Of a stretch of 64,000 nucleotides of DNA, positions 36,230 to 47,860 are shown in pieces. The DNA comes from Torpedo marmorata. Taxonomy: Eukaryota. The translations under genes were made by a program, and so were the position numbers. The notes below the pieces were generated by a model. The model searched no databases and had not been told where the DNA came from. It worked only from the letters and a program-made list of their open reading frames with translations. Every line of letters starts with the position of its first letter. Within the stretch, counting starts at the first letter, position 1. The stretch covers positions 80,538,001 to 80,602,000 of the forward strand of contig OZ360224.1 of NCBI GenBank assembly GCA_977017645.1, read 5' to 3'.

Positions 36230-38030
36230 AACAAGGGAAAACCACAGCACAAAAATATGCCCTTCAACCCATCTAGTCCATTCTTCTCCCATCTATGTAC
36301 CTATCCGATCTTAAATGGTGAAATCGAATCCTCATTCACCACCTCTGCTGGCAGCATGTTCCACATTCTCACCACCCTCTGGGTGAAGAAGTTCCCCCTG
36401 ATGTTCCCCTTAGACATTTCACTTTTCACCCTTAACCCATGTTCTCGAGTTCTTGTCTCACTTAACCTCAGTGTGGAAAAAAAGCCTGTTTACTTTTACC
36501 CATCTATATCCTTCATAATTTTGTATCACTCTTATCAACTCTTCCCTCATTTTCTGATGCTCCAAGGAATAAAGTCCTAATCTTTTCAACCTTTCCCATC
36601 AACTCAGCTTTTCATGTCCCTGCAACATCCTTGAAATTTCTCTCTGCATTCTTTCAATCTTATTGATATATTTCCTGTAGTTAAGAAACCAAAATTGCAT
36701 ACAATACTCCAAAGTTGGCCTCACCAATGTCTTATACAACTTCAACTAATATCCCAACTCCTGAACTTAATACTTTGATTTATGAAGGCCAATGTGCCAA
36801 AAGCTCTCCTTACAACCCTATCTAACTGTGATGCCACTTTCAAGGAATTATGTATTTGTATTCAGAGATCCCTCTGTTCTACCATACTCTGTATTTCCCT
36901 ACTGTTTACCATGTAAGTGCTACCCAGGTTTGACCTCCCAAAGTGCATCACCTCACATTTGTCTGCATTAAAATCCATCTGCCATTCTACTGACCATTTT
37001 TCAGAATCAGAATCAGAATCTATTGTCATGAACAAGTCATGAAATTCGGTGTTTTGCGTCAGCATCATAGAGCAATTAACATTTATATTAACCATCTAAC
37101 GACATTACTATAAAAATTATAAACAATAGTGCACGAAAAGTAAGGCAGTGTCTTTGGTTCATTGATTATTCAGGAACCTGATGGCAGCGGGGAAGAAGCT
37201 GTCCTTATGCTGTTGAGTGCTCGTCTTTGGGCTCCTATACCTTTTTCCCGATGGAAGCAGAGTGAAGAGGGCATGGCCTGGGTGGTGGGGGTCTTTGAGG
37301 ATCGAGGCTGCTTTTTTAAGACACCGCCTCATGTAGATGTCCTCGATGGAGTGAAGTTTGGTGCCTGTGATGTCACAGGCCGAGTTAACAACCCTCTGGA
37401 GTTTACTCTTGTCCTGGGAGTTGGCGCCTCCATACCAGGCAGTGATGTAACCAGCCAGAATGCTCTCCACGGTACACCTGTAGAAGTTTATGAGAGTCTT
37501 TGGTGACATACCGAATCTCCGCAGACACCTCACAAAGTATAGCTGCTGACGAGCCTTCTTTGTGATTGCATCAACGTGGATGCTCCAGGACAGATCCGGG
37601 GAGATGTTGACACCCAGGAATTTGAAGTTCTTGACCCTCTCCACGACTGAGCCCTCGATGAGGACTGGGTCGTGTTCCCCTGACTTCCTCCTGAAGTCCA
37701 CAATCATCTGGTCCAGATTCCACTGCAAGCTTTGAAACCCTTCTTCGCTGTTCACCACAACTTTTTTGTCATCTGCAAATTTGCTGATCCAATTTACCAC
37801 ATAATCATTGAAATCATTGATATAAATGACAAACAACAAAGGACCCAGCACCAATCCCTGAGCCACATCACTAGTCTCAGGCCTCCAGTTAGAGAAGAAA
37901 TAATCTACACTACCACTCTCTGGCTTCTACCACAAAGCTAATGTCTAATCCAATTTACTACCTCATCCTGAATACGGGGTGACTGAACCTTCTTTACCAA
38001 ACTCCCATGCAGGATCTGTCAAAGGCCTTA
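36230..38030 (-). mobile_element. CR1 LINE 3' portion (RT), interrupted
   Basis: QGLVLGPLLFVIYIND...ISKFADD; WQMDFNADKCEVMHFG; CR1-type 3' UTR. Confidence 0.88.
37001..37703 (-). mobile_element. Rex1/Babar-type LINE 3' fragment inserted in CR1
   Basis: IVDFRRK...FKFLGVNISPDLSW...KKARQQLYF...SFFPAAIRFLN; (GATTCT)n tail at 37001-37020. Confidence 0.88.
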
Positions 38031-38489
38031 CCAAACGTAATCTGCCTGCAACGTTTGTCTCTGAATTTTGTTTGGCCACCAGTGGTCAAGGTTTCCTTTC
38101 TCACCTGGGCTTTCTGCCTGATCCGCTCTGCGATCAGTTGATATGCCCAGTTACAGTTTCAATCCAGACCTACCAAGGTGCCAGAGAGAAAAAAAAAGCA
38201 CGACACCCTCCATTCCTTCCACCTTTCTTCCCCCCTTCCCCCAATCCCTTTCCAAGTGTGTGGCCATATTCTGGGTGCGCCTCCCTTGGGAGAGGCGCCT
38301 ACTGGCCCATGTCAATCAACAGAGTGCGCCAACACCCAGCACTGCAGCCTGTGCTCAGTGTTTTACAGCACAGAAACTGGCCTTTCGTTCCAGCTCCTCC
38401 AAGCCGAGCAAGTTGTCTTCCCATTTGTCAGTGTTTGGCCCATTTCTCTCTTAACCTCTCCCATCCATGTACCTGCCTATTGTGAAAAA

Positions 38490-38630
38490 GCCGCAGATGA
38501 TCAATAAAGGACCCAGACCTGAAACGTTGACTGACCATTTCTACCCATGGATGCTGCCTGCAAGACATGGCACCTCCAGAAGCTCATTCTTTGCTTGAAC
38601 CCGTCTAGTGTAGCTGTTTTCCCGCGGTTG
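38490..38630 (+). mobile_element. Old PLE pLTR-derived repeat
   Basis: AAAGGACCCAGACCTGAAACGTTGACTGACCATTTCTACCCATGGATGCTGCCTG. Confidence 0.6.
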
Positions 38631-38673
38631 GTGAGGGGAGGGTTGCGATGGGGAGGGCATTCTGCTTCTGTTT

Positions 38674-38912
38674 TCACACGCACACATGCTCACACACACG
38701 CTCTCTCACTCACATGCATGCACACGCTGTCACACACATGCGCTCTCACTCACGTACTCTCACACACACTCTCTCACGTGCAAACGTGCTCTCATGCACA
38801 TGGACACCCGTGCTCTCTCACGCACTCTCACATACACACATGCACACTCACATCACGTGCTCTCACATCACGTGCTCTCACACACGTGTACACACGCACG
38901 CACACACACACA
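38674..38912. repeat. Degenerate (CA)n/(CT)n microsatellite
   Basis: Interrupted CA/CT/CG dinucleotide tract. Confidence 0.9.
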
Positions 38913-39039
38913 GAGTGAGAAAAGCAAGAAGTTGCATTGGTTCTGTCCCTGGCGTCTGGTGGCCAGTTTCAGCGAAATAAACAGACTGGCTGGTTCCTGT
39001 CCCAATCACCATGGTGATCACCTATATTCTGTGTGTGGG

Positions 39040-39240
39040 TCTAAACCTGAGCTTCCCGGAGCCAACCATTTGAACTCCCCCCAATCATTCCCACACTGAC
39101 ATGTCTGACCTTGGCCTCATCCGTTGTCAGGGTGAAGCCAAACATAAACTTGAGGAACAACTTATCATGTTCATCCTTGTCAGCTTTAAAGCAAATGGCA
39201 TGATCATTAATTTTTCTAAATGTAGGTAACCAGCAGCCCC
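39040..39240 (+). mobile_element. Old PLE 3' fragment
   Basis: GCCAACCATTTGAACTCC...CATTCCCACACTGACATGTCT...AAACTTGAGGAACAAC similar to 46080-46190. Confidence 0.7.
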
Positions 39241-39567
39241 CATCTGATTCTACTGTTTCCATTTCTTAGTTACCTACTCCTGTACTTATTTTTCTCTCTC
39301 TAATTTTGAACCATGAACTTTTAAAATAGTCTACTCCAAATGTGATGGAACCACTGCCTGTACCACTAACTTCTCTCACACACACAAGCGTATACACACA
39401 CACATTCACACTCTGACATTAAAGGTCACGCAGCCTGCTCATGAAGTAAATGACATTCACACATCCAAACCTCCGAGATCACCAGCCAGGAACTGTGTTA
39501 AATTGTGACTATTCATACTATCATCATTGTATAATGGTAGAGGAAAGATTAAGCCTTCAGAGCATCA

Positions 39568-39782
39568 CTATTACAGCGCTAGCAACACTGGCTCAAATTC
39601 GGCGCTGCCTGTAAGGAGTTTGTATGTTCTCCCCGTGTCTGTGTGTGTTTCCTCTGGATGCTTCGGTTTCCTCCCACCCTTCAAAACGTACGGGGATTGT
39701 AGGTTAATTAGTGTATTTGGGGGGCACAGGCTCGTGGGCCGGAAGGGCCTGTTACCGTGCTGTATGTCTAAATTTAAAAATT
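39568..39782 (+). mobile_element. tRNA-derived SINE, 5'-truncated
   Basis: Shared core GTAAGGAGTTTGTATGTTCTCCCCGTG and tail. Confidence 0.85.
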
Positions 39783-40269
39783 ACATGACTACCTTCAGCA
39801 GCACTCGATTTCTCTCATCGCAAGCACTCGGCTAGCTTCTACTCTGTATTTGCAAGAATGTTATGAAGCAATCAATCACACCCTCTCCCCTCCCCCATCC
39901 CGTCAGAGGTTTGAGGAGCTCACCAGTACCGCCAGTGACCCACAGCTTTCAAACCCTCCGTCTACAAATGGCATGATGTCGTGACACGGGTGGTTAACTG
40001 GAGGTGTATGGTTGCAGGGCTGTAAAGATCCTCAAGTAAAACAAATGGTTTGAAGGAGTGTCCAAGGCCATTGTCCCCTCCCATTCCCTTGCCTTATAGT
40101 GTCCTCTATCTGACCACCAGTTGATTTGGTTAATCATCCCAGCTGTTCTAGGTACGCTGATTAATATACAATACTCCTACCCCATTCCCCCCACCCCACC
40201 CCCACTCTGTCTCTCTCGTACACACACACATACAAAGTACTGACCTATATTGACAAAAGTGGTCACATG

Positions 40270-40570
40270 GGGTCACAGACTAAGGATAAGGGATTAACCA
40301 TTTAGGATTGAGATGAAGAGAAACCTTTTCACTCAAAGAGTTGTGAACTTGTCGAACTCCCCACCACAGAAAGTTGTTTAGGCAAGTTCATTAGATTTAT
40401 TCAAAAGGGAGTTGTATGTGGCCCTCGTGGCTAAAGGATTCAAGTGGTATGGAGAGAAAGCAGGGATAAGGTGCTGAGGTTACATGATCAGCCATGATCG
40501 TATTGAAAGATGTTGCAGGCTCGAAGGGCTGAATGGCCTTCTCCTGCACCTATTTTCTATGAATCTATAA
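40270..40570 (+). mobile_element. CR1 3' end
   Basis: GATCAGCCATGATCGTATTGAA...GGCTCGAAGGGCTGAATGGCCTTCTCCTGCACCTATTTTCTATG. Confidence 0.8.
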
Positions 40571-41079
40571 TTTAATTCCTGCCAACACTTAGAAACAACA
40601 AACGTGTTAAATTATTCGACGTGTTTGTTTCATTTCTCACTTGGAAATGCAAGAAATATGAAATGCTTCTCTAAAACAGGTCGAGAGCAAATCCACAGCT
40701 GCATTCACGCCTGTCCTTTATCACATTCTAACCACCACTTTGCTCATTTCCATCTGTTTCATGCCAGGAGCACCTAATTGAAAATAAAATCCTTGACACT
40801 GGCCAGTTAAATTCGGACCGTCAGTGACAGGACAAATCCTGATGTTGTATTCCCATCTTCTGTCAGGACAGCTGAACTTAACTACCTACAGAAGTAATAA
40901 ATCAAATTCCCAATGGCATAAAAAAAGAACGATGGAAATGGGTGTGCACCCTGACACCAATTATGACTGAATACTTATCGGTAATTTAATCGTGTCTCTT
41001 CCTGAGAATGTCTTGGAGTTGTAAAATTAGTATTTGTTTGAGAAGACAAAGCGAAGCTGTTCTTTTCTTTGCAAAACAA

Positions 41080-41414
41080 TTATGACTTTTACACAGCCGC
41101 TGCGTAACGGGAAATTCTCGCAAATTTCCTGCAACGCTGGCTGTGTAAGAAGGTAGTGACGGAAATTAGTAACTAATTTCCGTCCCGACATATTTCCTGC
41201 AGCAGCCCTAGACAATTTTGTGGACTGCCTGCAGTCTAAACTGAACTGCAGGCGGTCCGCAACAATGGGCGAATGAATACGACGTCCACCCCCCGAAATC
41301 ACCGCAACGCAGGAAGTTAGTGTAAATGTCCTTCCTGTGTGAACAGCCGCTCCAGAGGGTAAGTATGCAAATTGATGACGGGAAATTCTCGGTACTTATG
41401 TCTAAAAACCCTAA
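41080..41414. mobile_element. Palindrome-rich, CpG-retaining putative MITE (PIF/Harbinger-like)
   Basis: Ends CTTTTACACAG... and ...GTCTAAAAACCC|TAA; several internal hairpins; repeated ACGGGAAATTCTCG near both ends. Confidence 0.5.
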
Positions 41415-42522
41415 ATGTAACTCATGATTTGTGTGTGTACAGGGCAGTATAAGTACAAGTGACTCCCAACAAGGTTAAACTGTTTGTGCTTATCATAAAC
41501 GTGATGGGACACCAACAGAAATGTGAAGGAAAATTGCTCTATTTATGATTGTTATAATTGCAGAAATCAGTTCTATTAATAAAGCATTTGGAAAGGTGGT
41601 AAATAAGAACATCTGCAGATGCTGGAGTCTAGTGCAATACACAAAAGTGCTGGAGAATCTCAGCAGGTCACGCAGCATCCATAAGAAGTAAAAGGCAGTT
41701 AGCATTTCAGGCCTGAGCCCTTCATCAAGATTTTCAAAAATCAGGCAGATGCCTGAATAAAAAGTTGGCAGAAGGGGAAGCACAGTCTAACAGGTAAGAG
41801 GTGATAGGTAGATACAGGTGGGAGGGGGAAGTAGAGAAAGAAGCTGAGGTGATAGTGGAGAGGGCAGAGGTCTAAAAATGATAGCTCTTTGATAGAGGAA
41901 GGAAAGGAAGGGAAGGGGCTGGTGAGCTGGAGGAGAGGGATGAGGGAAAGGGTGAGATCGGAGGGAGGGGGTTAATGGAATTGGAGAAGTCACTGTTCAT
42001 GCCGTCTGATTGCAGACTACCCAGATGTAATATAAGGTGTTGTTCCTTCAGTGTGTGGGTGGCCTTATCTTGGCAGTATATGAAACCATGTCAGTGTGGC
42101 AATGATGTGTGGATTGAAGTGGCTGGCCACTGGAAGGTCCTTGCTGTTGCAGCAGACAGAGCGAAGATGGTCAATGAAGCGATTTCCTCCAATCTCCACC
42201 CAGTCTCGCCAAAGTAGATGAGGCCACATCAGGAGCACTGGATGCAGTAAATGACCCCCAACAGATTCAGAAGTGAAGTGTTGCTTCACTTGGAAGCAAC
42301 AGTGGTCAGGGAGGAGGTGTAAGTGCAAGTGTAGCACTTCTTGGGGTCACAGGGGTGAGTACCAGGGGATTGGTGGGAAGAGATGAGAAACGCGGTCATA
42401 GAGGGAGCAAGCCCAGTAGAAAGAAGAGAAGGGAAGATGTATCTGGTAAAAAACACAAATGCTGGAGAAACTCAGCAGGTCAAACAGTGTCTTTTATGTA
42501 GCAAAGGTAGAAATACATAACC

Positions 42523-42550
42523 GACGTTTCGGGCTTGAGCCCTTCATCAA
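42523..42550 (-). ncRNA. Minimal hammerhead-like motif in inverted pLTR
   Basis: Reverse complement TTGATGAAGGGCTCAAGCCCGAAACGTC. Confidence 0.55.
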
Positions 42551-42784
42551 AGTATGAGAAAATGCCGGCAGGCATCCGAACAAAAGAGTGAGGGGGGAAG
42601 GGGGGTTGGCAAAGGCAGGAGATGATAGGTGAAGAAAGGTGGGAGGGGACAGCAGCAAAGAGGGGGAGGAGGGATGGCTGGGTGGGTGGAAAAAACAGGA
42701 AGGATTCACCTATCATCTCCTGCCTTTGCCACCCCCCCCCCCTTACTCCTTTGTTCGGACACCTGCTGGCATTTTCTCATACTT

Positions 42785-42812
42785 TTGATGAAGGGCTCAA
42801 GCCCGAAACGTC
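42785..42812 (+). ncRNA. Minimal hammerhead-like motif in 5' pLTR
   Basis: TTGATGA-A-GGGC TCAA GCCC-GAAA-CGTC. Confidence 0.55.
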
Positions 42813-42964
42813 GGTTATGTATTTCTACCTTTGCTACATAAAAGACACTGTTTGACCTGCTGAGTTTCTCCAGCATTTGTGTTTTTTACTTCAACCACTG
42901 TGTCTACAGATTTTCGTGTTTTACTTCTGAATTCTACAACAACTCTGTGAAAACTCTTTGAGGG

Positions 42965-45900
42965 ATGCCTACCCTGAAGAAGTTCGCCTTTGCTCTCCGA
43001 AGGGAGTTCTGTGGGATTCTCTCTCACTGCTCCCCATCTGCAACCCCTGCTGCTCTCAAGCTCTACGACCATGTACTCACCCAGACTCGATTCCACAGCC
43101 ACGCTGCCTTCCTTGCTACTTGCCTCCGCCGCCATCTTGTGCCTCGTGGCTTCCAGCTTCGATTCCAGGCCTCGCAGTTTGGCCCTCGCAAGGACCTCAG
43201 GTACCTCCACAGCATCGACTGCTGCTCTCTCCGCTTCTCCCAACGACTCCTCCGCACCACCCTCACCTCGATGCGGAGATACTAGCGGCAACTTGCCCTC
43301 TACCTGCCACAGCTCCGGACCTCGCTGGCCATGGCCTGCAGCGGACCCCTCCTATACTACATCCGCTGCCGGATCCACGCGTTCAGCCGCCGGCTCTACA
43401 CTCACCTGGCGTCCAACAAGAACCATAAGCTTGCCTCCCTCAAGACTGCAGCCTCTGCGACCCATCTCGGCCTCGGCCGCCTGCCCTCTGGAGCTCCCAA
43501 CGCCATGGCCGCCGACCCGATCCCTGGTCCCGGCCGCTGTCTCACCGGAGCTCCCAATGCCACAGCCGCCCACTCCTACCCGCGCCCCGGGCGCCAACAC
43601 GACGGTACTCCTGACGCCACGGCCGCCCACTCCAGCCCGGGCCCTGAGCACCTACTCACCAGAGCTCCCGATGCCTCCACTGCCGACTCCCGACACAGAC
43701 TTTTACCTGCTGGAGCCTCCCACGCTGACTGCCACTGGAGTCCTCATCTCGCTACTGGATCCCACTTACCTATCCCCCTCACTACTCCTTCCCTATCCTC
43801 CTACACCTCTCACTACTCCACCCCCATCTCCCCCTCTCTGCCCCCTCTCCTCCCCAACCCTCAGACCTCATCCCCCCCTCTCTCTGGCTACCCTCCCTAC
43901 CCCACTCTCCCACCCTCCTACACCCCCCACCTCCGACCCCCCCTCCCCCCACCAACACCCCTCCTCCTCCCTCCAACCTCCCCCACCCTCCACCTTCCCC
44001 CTCTGACCTCCCCAATCCTCCCCCTCCCCCCAACACCCTCCACAACACCGATTCCCCACTCCAACCCCGGCTTGGTTTTTACTATCCCCTCCGACCTTCC
44101 CCTCTCTGAGACGGAGCGCTCGGTCCTCAGTAGAGGCCTCACCTTCGTCCCCCTCCGCCAACACCTCAACGAGTTCTGCGCACGCCGTGATGCCGAACTC
44201 TTCTTCCGTCGCCTCCGCCTCCGGGCTCACTTTCATGACCGTGACTCTCCACCCCCCACCCAAGACCCTTTCTCCCACTTCAAGCCTTCTTCCTCTTCCT
44301 GGACACCTCGTCCTGGCCAGCTGCCCGCTCTGGACCTTTTTATTTCCAACTGCCGCCGAGGCATCAACCGTCTCAACTTCACCACCCCCCTCTCGTATTC
44401 CAACCTCACCTCCTCAGAACGGTCTGCCCTCCACTCTCTCCGCAACAATCCCAACCTCACCATCAAACCCGCAGACAAGGGCGGTGCGGTTGTGGTCTGG
44501 CGCACTGACCTCTACCTTGCCGAGGCCAGTCGACAGCTCTCAGACACCTCCTCCTACCGACCCCTCCCACAGGATCCCACCACTGCACATCAAGCCACTG
44601 TCTCCAACACCATCTCCGACCTCATCACCTGCGGTCACCTCCCCTCCACGGCCACCGACCTCATTCTCCCCCACCCCCGCACTGCCCGTTTCTACCTTCT
44701 ACCCAAGATACACAAACCCAACCATCCAGGCAGACCCATTGTTTCTGCCTGCTCCTGCCCCACCGAACTAGTTTCATCTTACCTTGACTCCATCTTTTCT
44801 CCCTTGGTCCAATCCCTCCCCACCTACATCCGCGATACCTCACATGCCCTCCATCTCCTCAATGACTTCAGATTCCCTGAACCGGACCGCATTATCTTCA
44901 TCATGGATGTCCAATCCCTTTATACCTCCATCCCCCACACAGAAGGTCTGAAAGCACTTCGCTTCTTCCTGGACAAAAGACTCGACCAGTCATCCTCTAC
45001 CACCACCCTCCTCCGCCTGGCAGAACTTGTCCTCACTCTCAATAACTTCTCCTTCAACTCATCCCACTTCCTCCAAATCAAAGGAGTAGCCATGGGTACC
45101 CGCATGGGTCCCAGCTACGCTTGCCTGTTTGTGGGCTTTGTAGACCAATCCATGCTGCAAGCCTACACAGGCAAGACCCCTCATCTCTTCCTCCGTTATA
45201 TCGACGACTGCATCGGGGCTGCCTCATGCACCCGCGATGAGCTTGTCAACTTCATCCACTTCGCATCCAACTTCCACCACGATCTCAAACTCACCTGGTC
45301 CATCTCCGATAACACTCTCCCCTTCCTGGATCTCTCTGTCTCCATCTCAGGAGACAAGCTTTCCACCGACATTTACTACAAACCCTCCAACTCCCACAAC
45401 TATCTGGACTACACTTCCTCACACCCTGTCCCCTGCAAAGATTCCATCCCCTTCTCTCAATTTCTCCGCCTCCGCCGCATCTGTTCCCAAGATGAGGTGT
45501 TCCAGTCCAGATCTTCTGAAATGTCTGCCTTTTTCCACAAACGTGGCTTCCCTTCCACCACTATCAACTCAGCCCTCACCCGCATCTCCTCCGTTTCCCG
45601 CTCATCTGCCCTGGTCCCCTCTGCCCCCAGATGCAACAAACATAGAATCCCCCTCATCCTCACCTACCACCCCACCAGCCTCCGCATCCAACACATTATC
45701 CGCCGGAATTTCCGGCACTTACTACAGGATCCCACTACCAGACACATTTTTCCTTCTCCTCCCCTCTCGGCCTTCCGTAGGGACCACTCCCTCTGCGATT
45801 CCCTCGTGCACTTATCCCTCCCCACCCATCGCACCCCCGGCACCTTCCCCTGTGCCCGCAGGAGGTGCAACACCTGCGCCCACACCTCCTCCCTCACCAT

Positions 45901-46252
45901 GGTCCGGGGCCCCAAACAGGCCTTTCAAGTGAAACTACACTTCACTTGTACATCCAGAGAACTTATTTACTGCATCCGGTGCTCCCTTTGTGGCTTTCTC
46001 TACATCGGAGAGACCGGTCGTAGATTGGGAGATCGCTTTGCTGAGCACCTCCTCTCCGTTTGCAACAACAGCAACCTCCCAGTAGCCAACCATTTCAATT
46101 CCGAGTCACACTCCCACACTCACATGTCTGTCCATGGTCTTATGTACTATCCCACCCAGACTACCCGCAAATTGGAGGAACAACATCTCATTTTCCGTCT
46201 GGGCACTCTCCAGCCAGATGGCATTAACATTGACTTTTCTGCTTTCCACTAA
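42965..46252 (+). pseudogene. PLE reverse transcriptase + GIY-YIG endonuclease ORF with one in-frame TAG (43283-43285)
   Basis: ORFs 42965-43285 and 43331-46252 are in the same frame. Motifs IKPADKGGAVVV, FYLLPKIHK, MDVQSLYTSI, GVAMGT, RYIDD, Cys linker CARRRCNTC, LIYCIRCSLCGFLYIGETGR...RFAEH. Confidence 0.93.
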
Positions 46253-46437
46253 ACCTGCTTGTCGTTTCCTTCCCCTCCCCCCTACCTGTCCTTCCTGTTT
46301 TTTTCCACCCACCCAGCTATCCCTCCTCTCCCTCTTTGCTGCTGTCCCCTCCCTCCTTTCTCCACCTATCATCTACCTTTGCCACCCCCACCCCCCTCAC
46401 TCTTTTGTTCGGACACCTGCTGGCATTTTCTCATATT

Positions 46438-46465
46438 TTGATGAAGGGCTCAAGCCTGAAACGTC
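46438..46465 (+). ncRNA. Minimal hammerhead-like motif in 3' pLTR
   Basis: TTGATGA-A-GGGC TCAA GCCT-GAAA-CGTC. Confidence 0.55.
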
Positions 46466-47309
46466 GGTTATGTATTTCTACCTTTGCTACATAAAAGACA
46501 CTGTTTGACCTGCTAAGTTTCTCCAGCATTTGTGTTTTTTACTTCAACCACGGTGTCTACAGATTTTCGTGTTTTACTACAAGATGTATCTGGTGCAGGA
46601 AATTGCCGAGAATTATATACTGGATGCAGAGGCTGGTGGGATCGTAGGTAAGAACAAGGGAACCCCTATCCTTGTTGCATCTGGGGACATGTGTGCGAAA
46701 TAGACTCCCACCTGTATCCACCTCTTTCCTCTTACCTGTTTGTTTGTGCTCCTCCCCCTCCCTGCCCCCCACCCCTACCTTTTTATTCAGCCATCTGCCT
46801 GATTTCCGACATTCCTGATGAAACGCTCAGGCCTAAAACGTGGGCTGCCTTTTAATTCCGAGGGATGCTGCGTAAATGCTGAGTTTCCCCAGCACTTTTG
46901 TATACTGCTCTAATTTGGAAAGGTGGTATTTTTCCAAATGTATCTCCGAAAGTGGCTTCCCTCAGCCACAATCAGTGAAAAGTGGGTCCTTATGATGCAC
47001 GAACACTAGCGTGGGCCTGAAGCCCCAGATCATGACTGATGTGAACGGGTGCCGCTTCTAGCAGCAGCCTCCCCGCCCAGCTCAGAAAGATGCTAAACCT
47101 GCTCAGTAGTCTTTATTTATTCTTGTATTCAGTCCCAAATCGGATTTGACTGTTAATCACTATTTTAACATTTGAATACTGAAATTTAAAGAGTAATTGT
47201 TTGAAACCCCTCTCCAGTTGTTCTCGCTCCCTACAATGTTGATGACTGGAGAAGGGCAATTTAAGCCACTTTAGTAACACAGAGTATCTCTTCACTTCGA
47301 AACATGCTC

Positions 47310-47540
47310 CGCGAATCAGGAGAAAACTGCGGGTGCTGGAATCTTGAGAAAATAATGAGCTGCTGGAGGAACGCGGTGGGTCAGGCACCATCCAGAGAGA
47401 AAAATTGGTCACTCAGCATTTCGGAGCGGCACCCTATATCAAGATTGATTAAAGGGTCCCAAACTGAAACATTGACTACTTCTCCCCATAGATGCTGCCC
47501 GACCTGCTGAGTCCTTCCAGCTTCTCTTTATTCACTCTAG
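47310..47540. mobile_element. Old PLE fold-back element
   Basis: GCTGGAGGAACGCGGTGGGTCAGGCACCATC arm and inverted GATGCTGCCCGACCTGCTGAGTCCTTCCAGC arm, with a degenerate TTGATTAAAGGG...GAAAC motif. Confidence 0.65.
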
Positions 47541-47580
47541 GAACCTGAATATCGGCACACATAGACATTAATATTAAATA

Positions 47581-47860
47581 GGGCGGCACGGTTGGCATAG
47601 CGGTTAGCGCAACGCCTTTACAGCGCCAGTGATTGAGACCGGAGTTCGAATCCCACGCTGTCTGTAAGGAGATTGTACATTCTCCCCGCGTCTGCGTGGG
47701 TTTTACCCGGGGGCTCCGGTTTCCTCCCACCGTTCGAAATGTACCGGGGGTGTAGGTTAATTGGGTGTAGATTGGGCGGCACGGACTCGTGGGCCGAAAT
47801 GGCCTGTTACCGTGCTGTATGCCTAAAATTAAAAAATTTTAATTTTTAATTTTTAAAAAT
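47581..47860 (+). mobile_element. Full-length tRNA-derived SINE (HE1/V-SINE-like)
   Basis: A box TGGCATAGCGG, B box GAGTTCGAATCC, V-like core, CR1-derived tail, AT-rich end. Confidence 0.9.

Larger units (their letters stand above)
42448..46580 (+). mobile_element. Near full-length Penelope-like retroelement (Neptune-type)
   Basis: Inverted pLTR 42448-42704, direct pLTR 42707-42924, ORF, 3' pLTR 46253-46580; TSD AAGATGTATCTGGT at 42434-42447 and 46581-46594. Confidence 0.95.
41600..46910 (-). mobile_element. Older Penelope-like element (41600-42447 + 46581-46910) split by a younger PLE
   Basis: Minus-strand pLTR at 41600-41730; GIY-YIG remnants (FQVKQHFT, DLPVASHFN); continues after the TSD with LVLTYDPTSLCIQYIILGNF; inverted pLTR at about 46700-46910. 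Confidence 0.8.

Noticed and set aside
38547-39099. His/Thr-rich ORFs
   Set aside because: Translation of the CA microsatellite
42480-42855. Recurrent peptide [22 protein letters not shown] in several ORFs
   Set aside because: Translation of the repeated pLTR/ribozyme sequence, with no evidence of coding
42990-45932. Long alternative-frame and antisense ORFs over the PLE
   Set aside because: Expected from C-rich, stop-poor composition
47581-47660. tRNA genes
   Set aside because: The A/B boxes belong to SINE heads followed by SINE core and tail; no convincing cloverleaf
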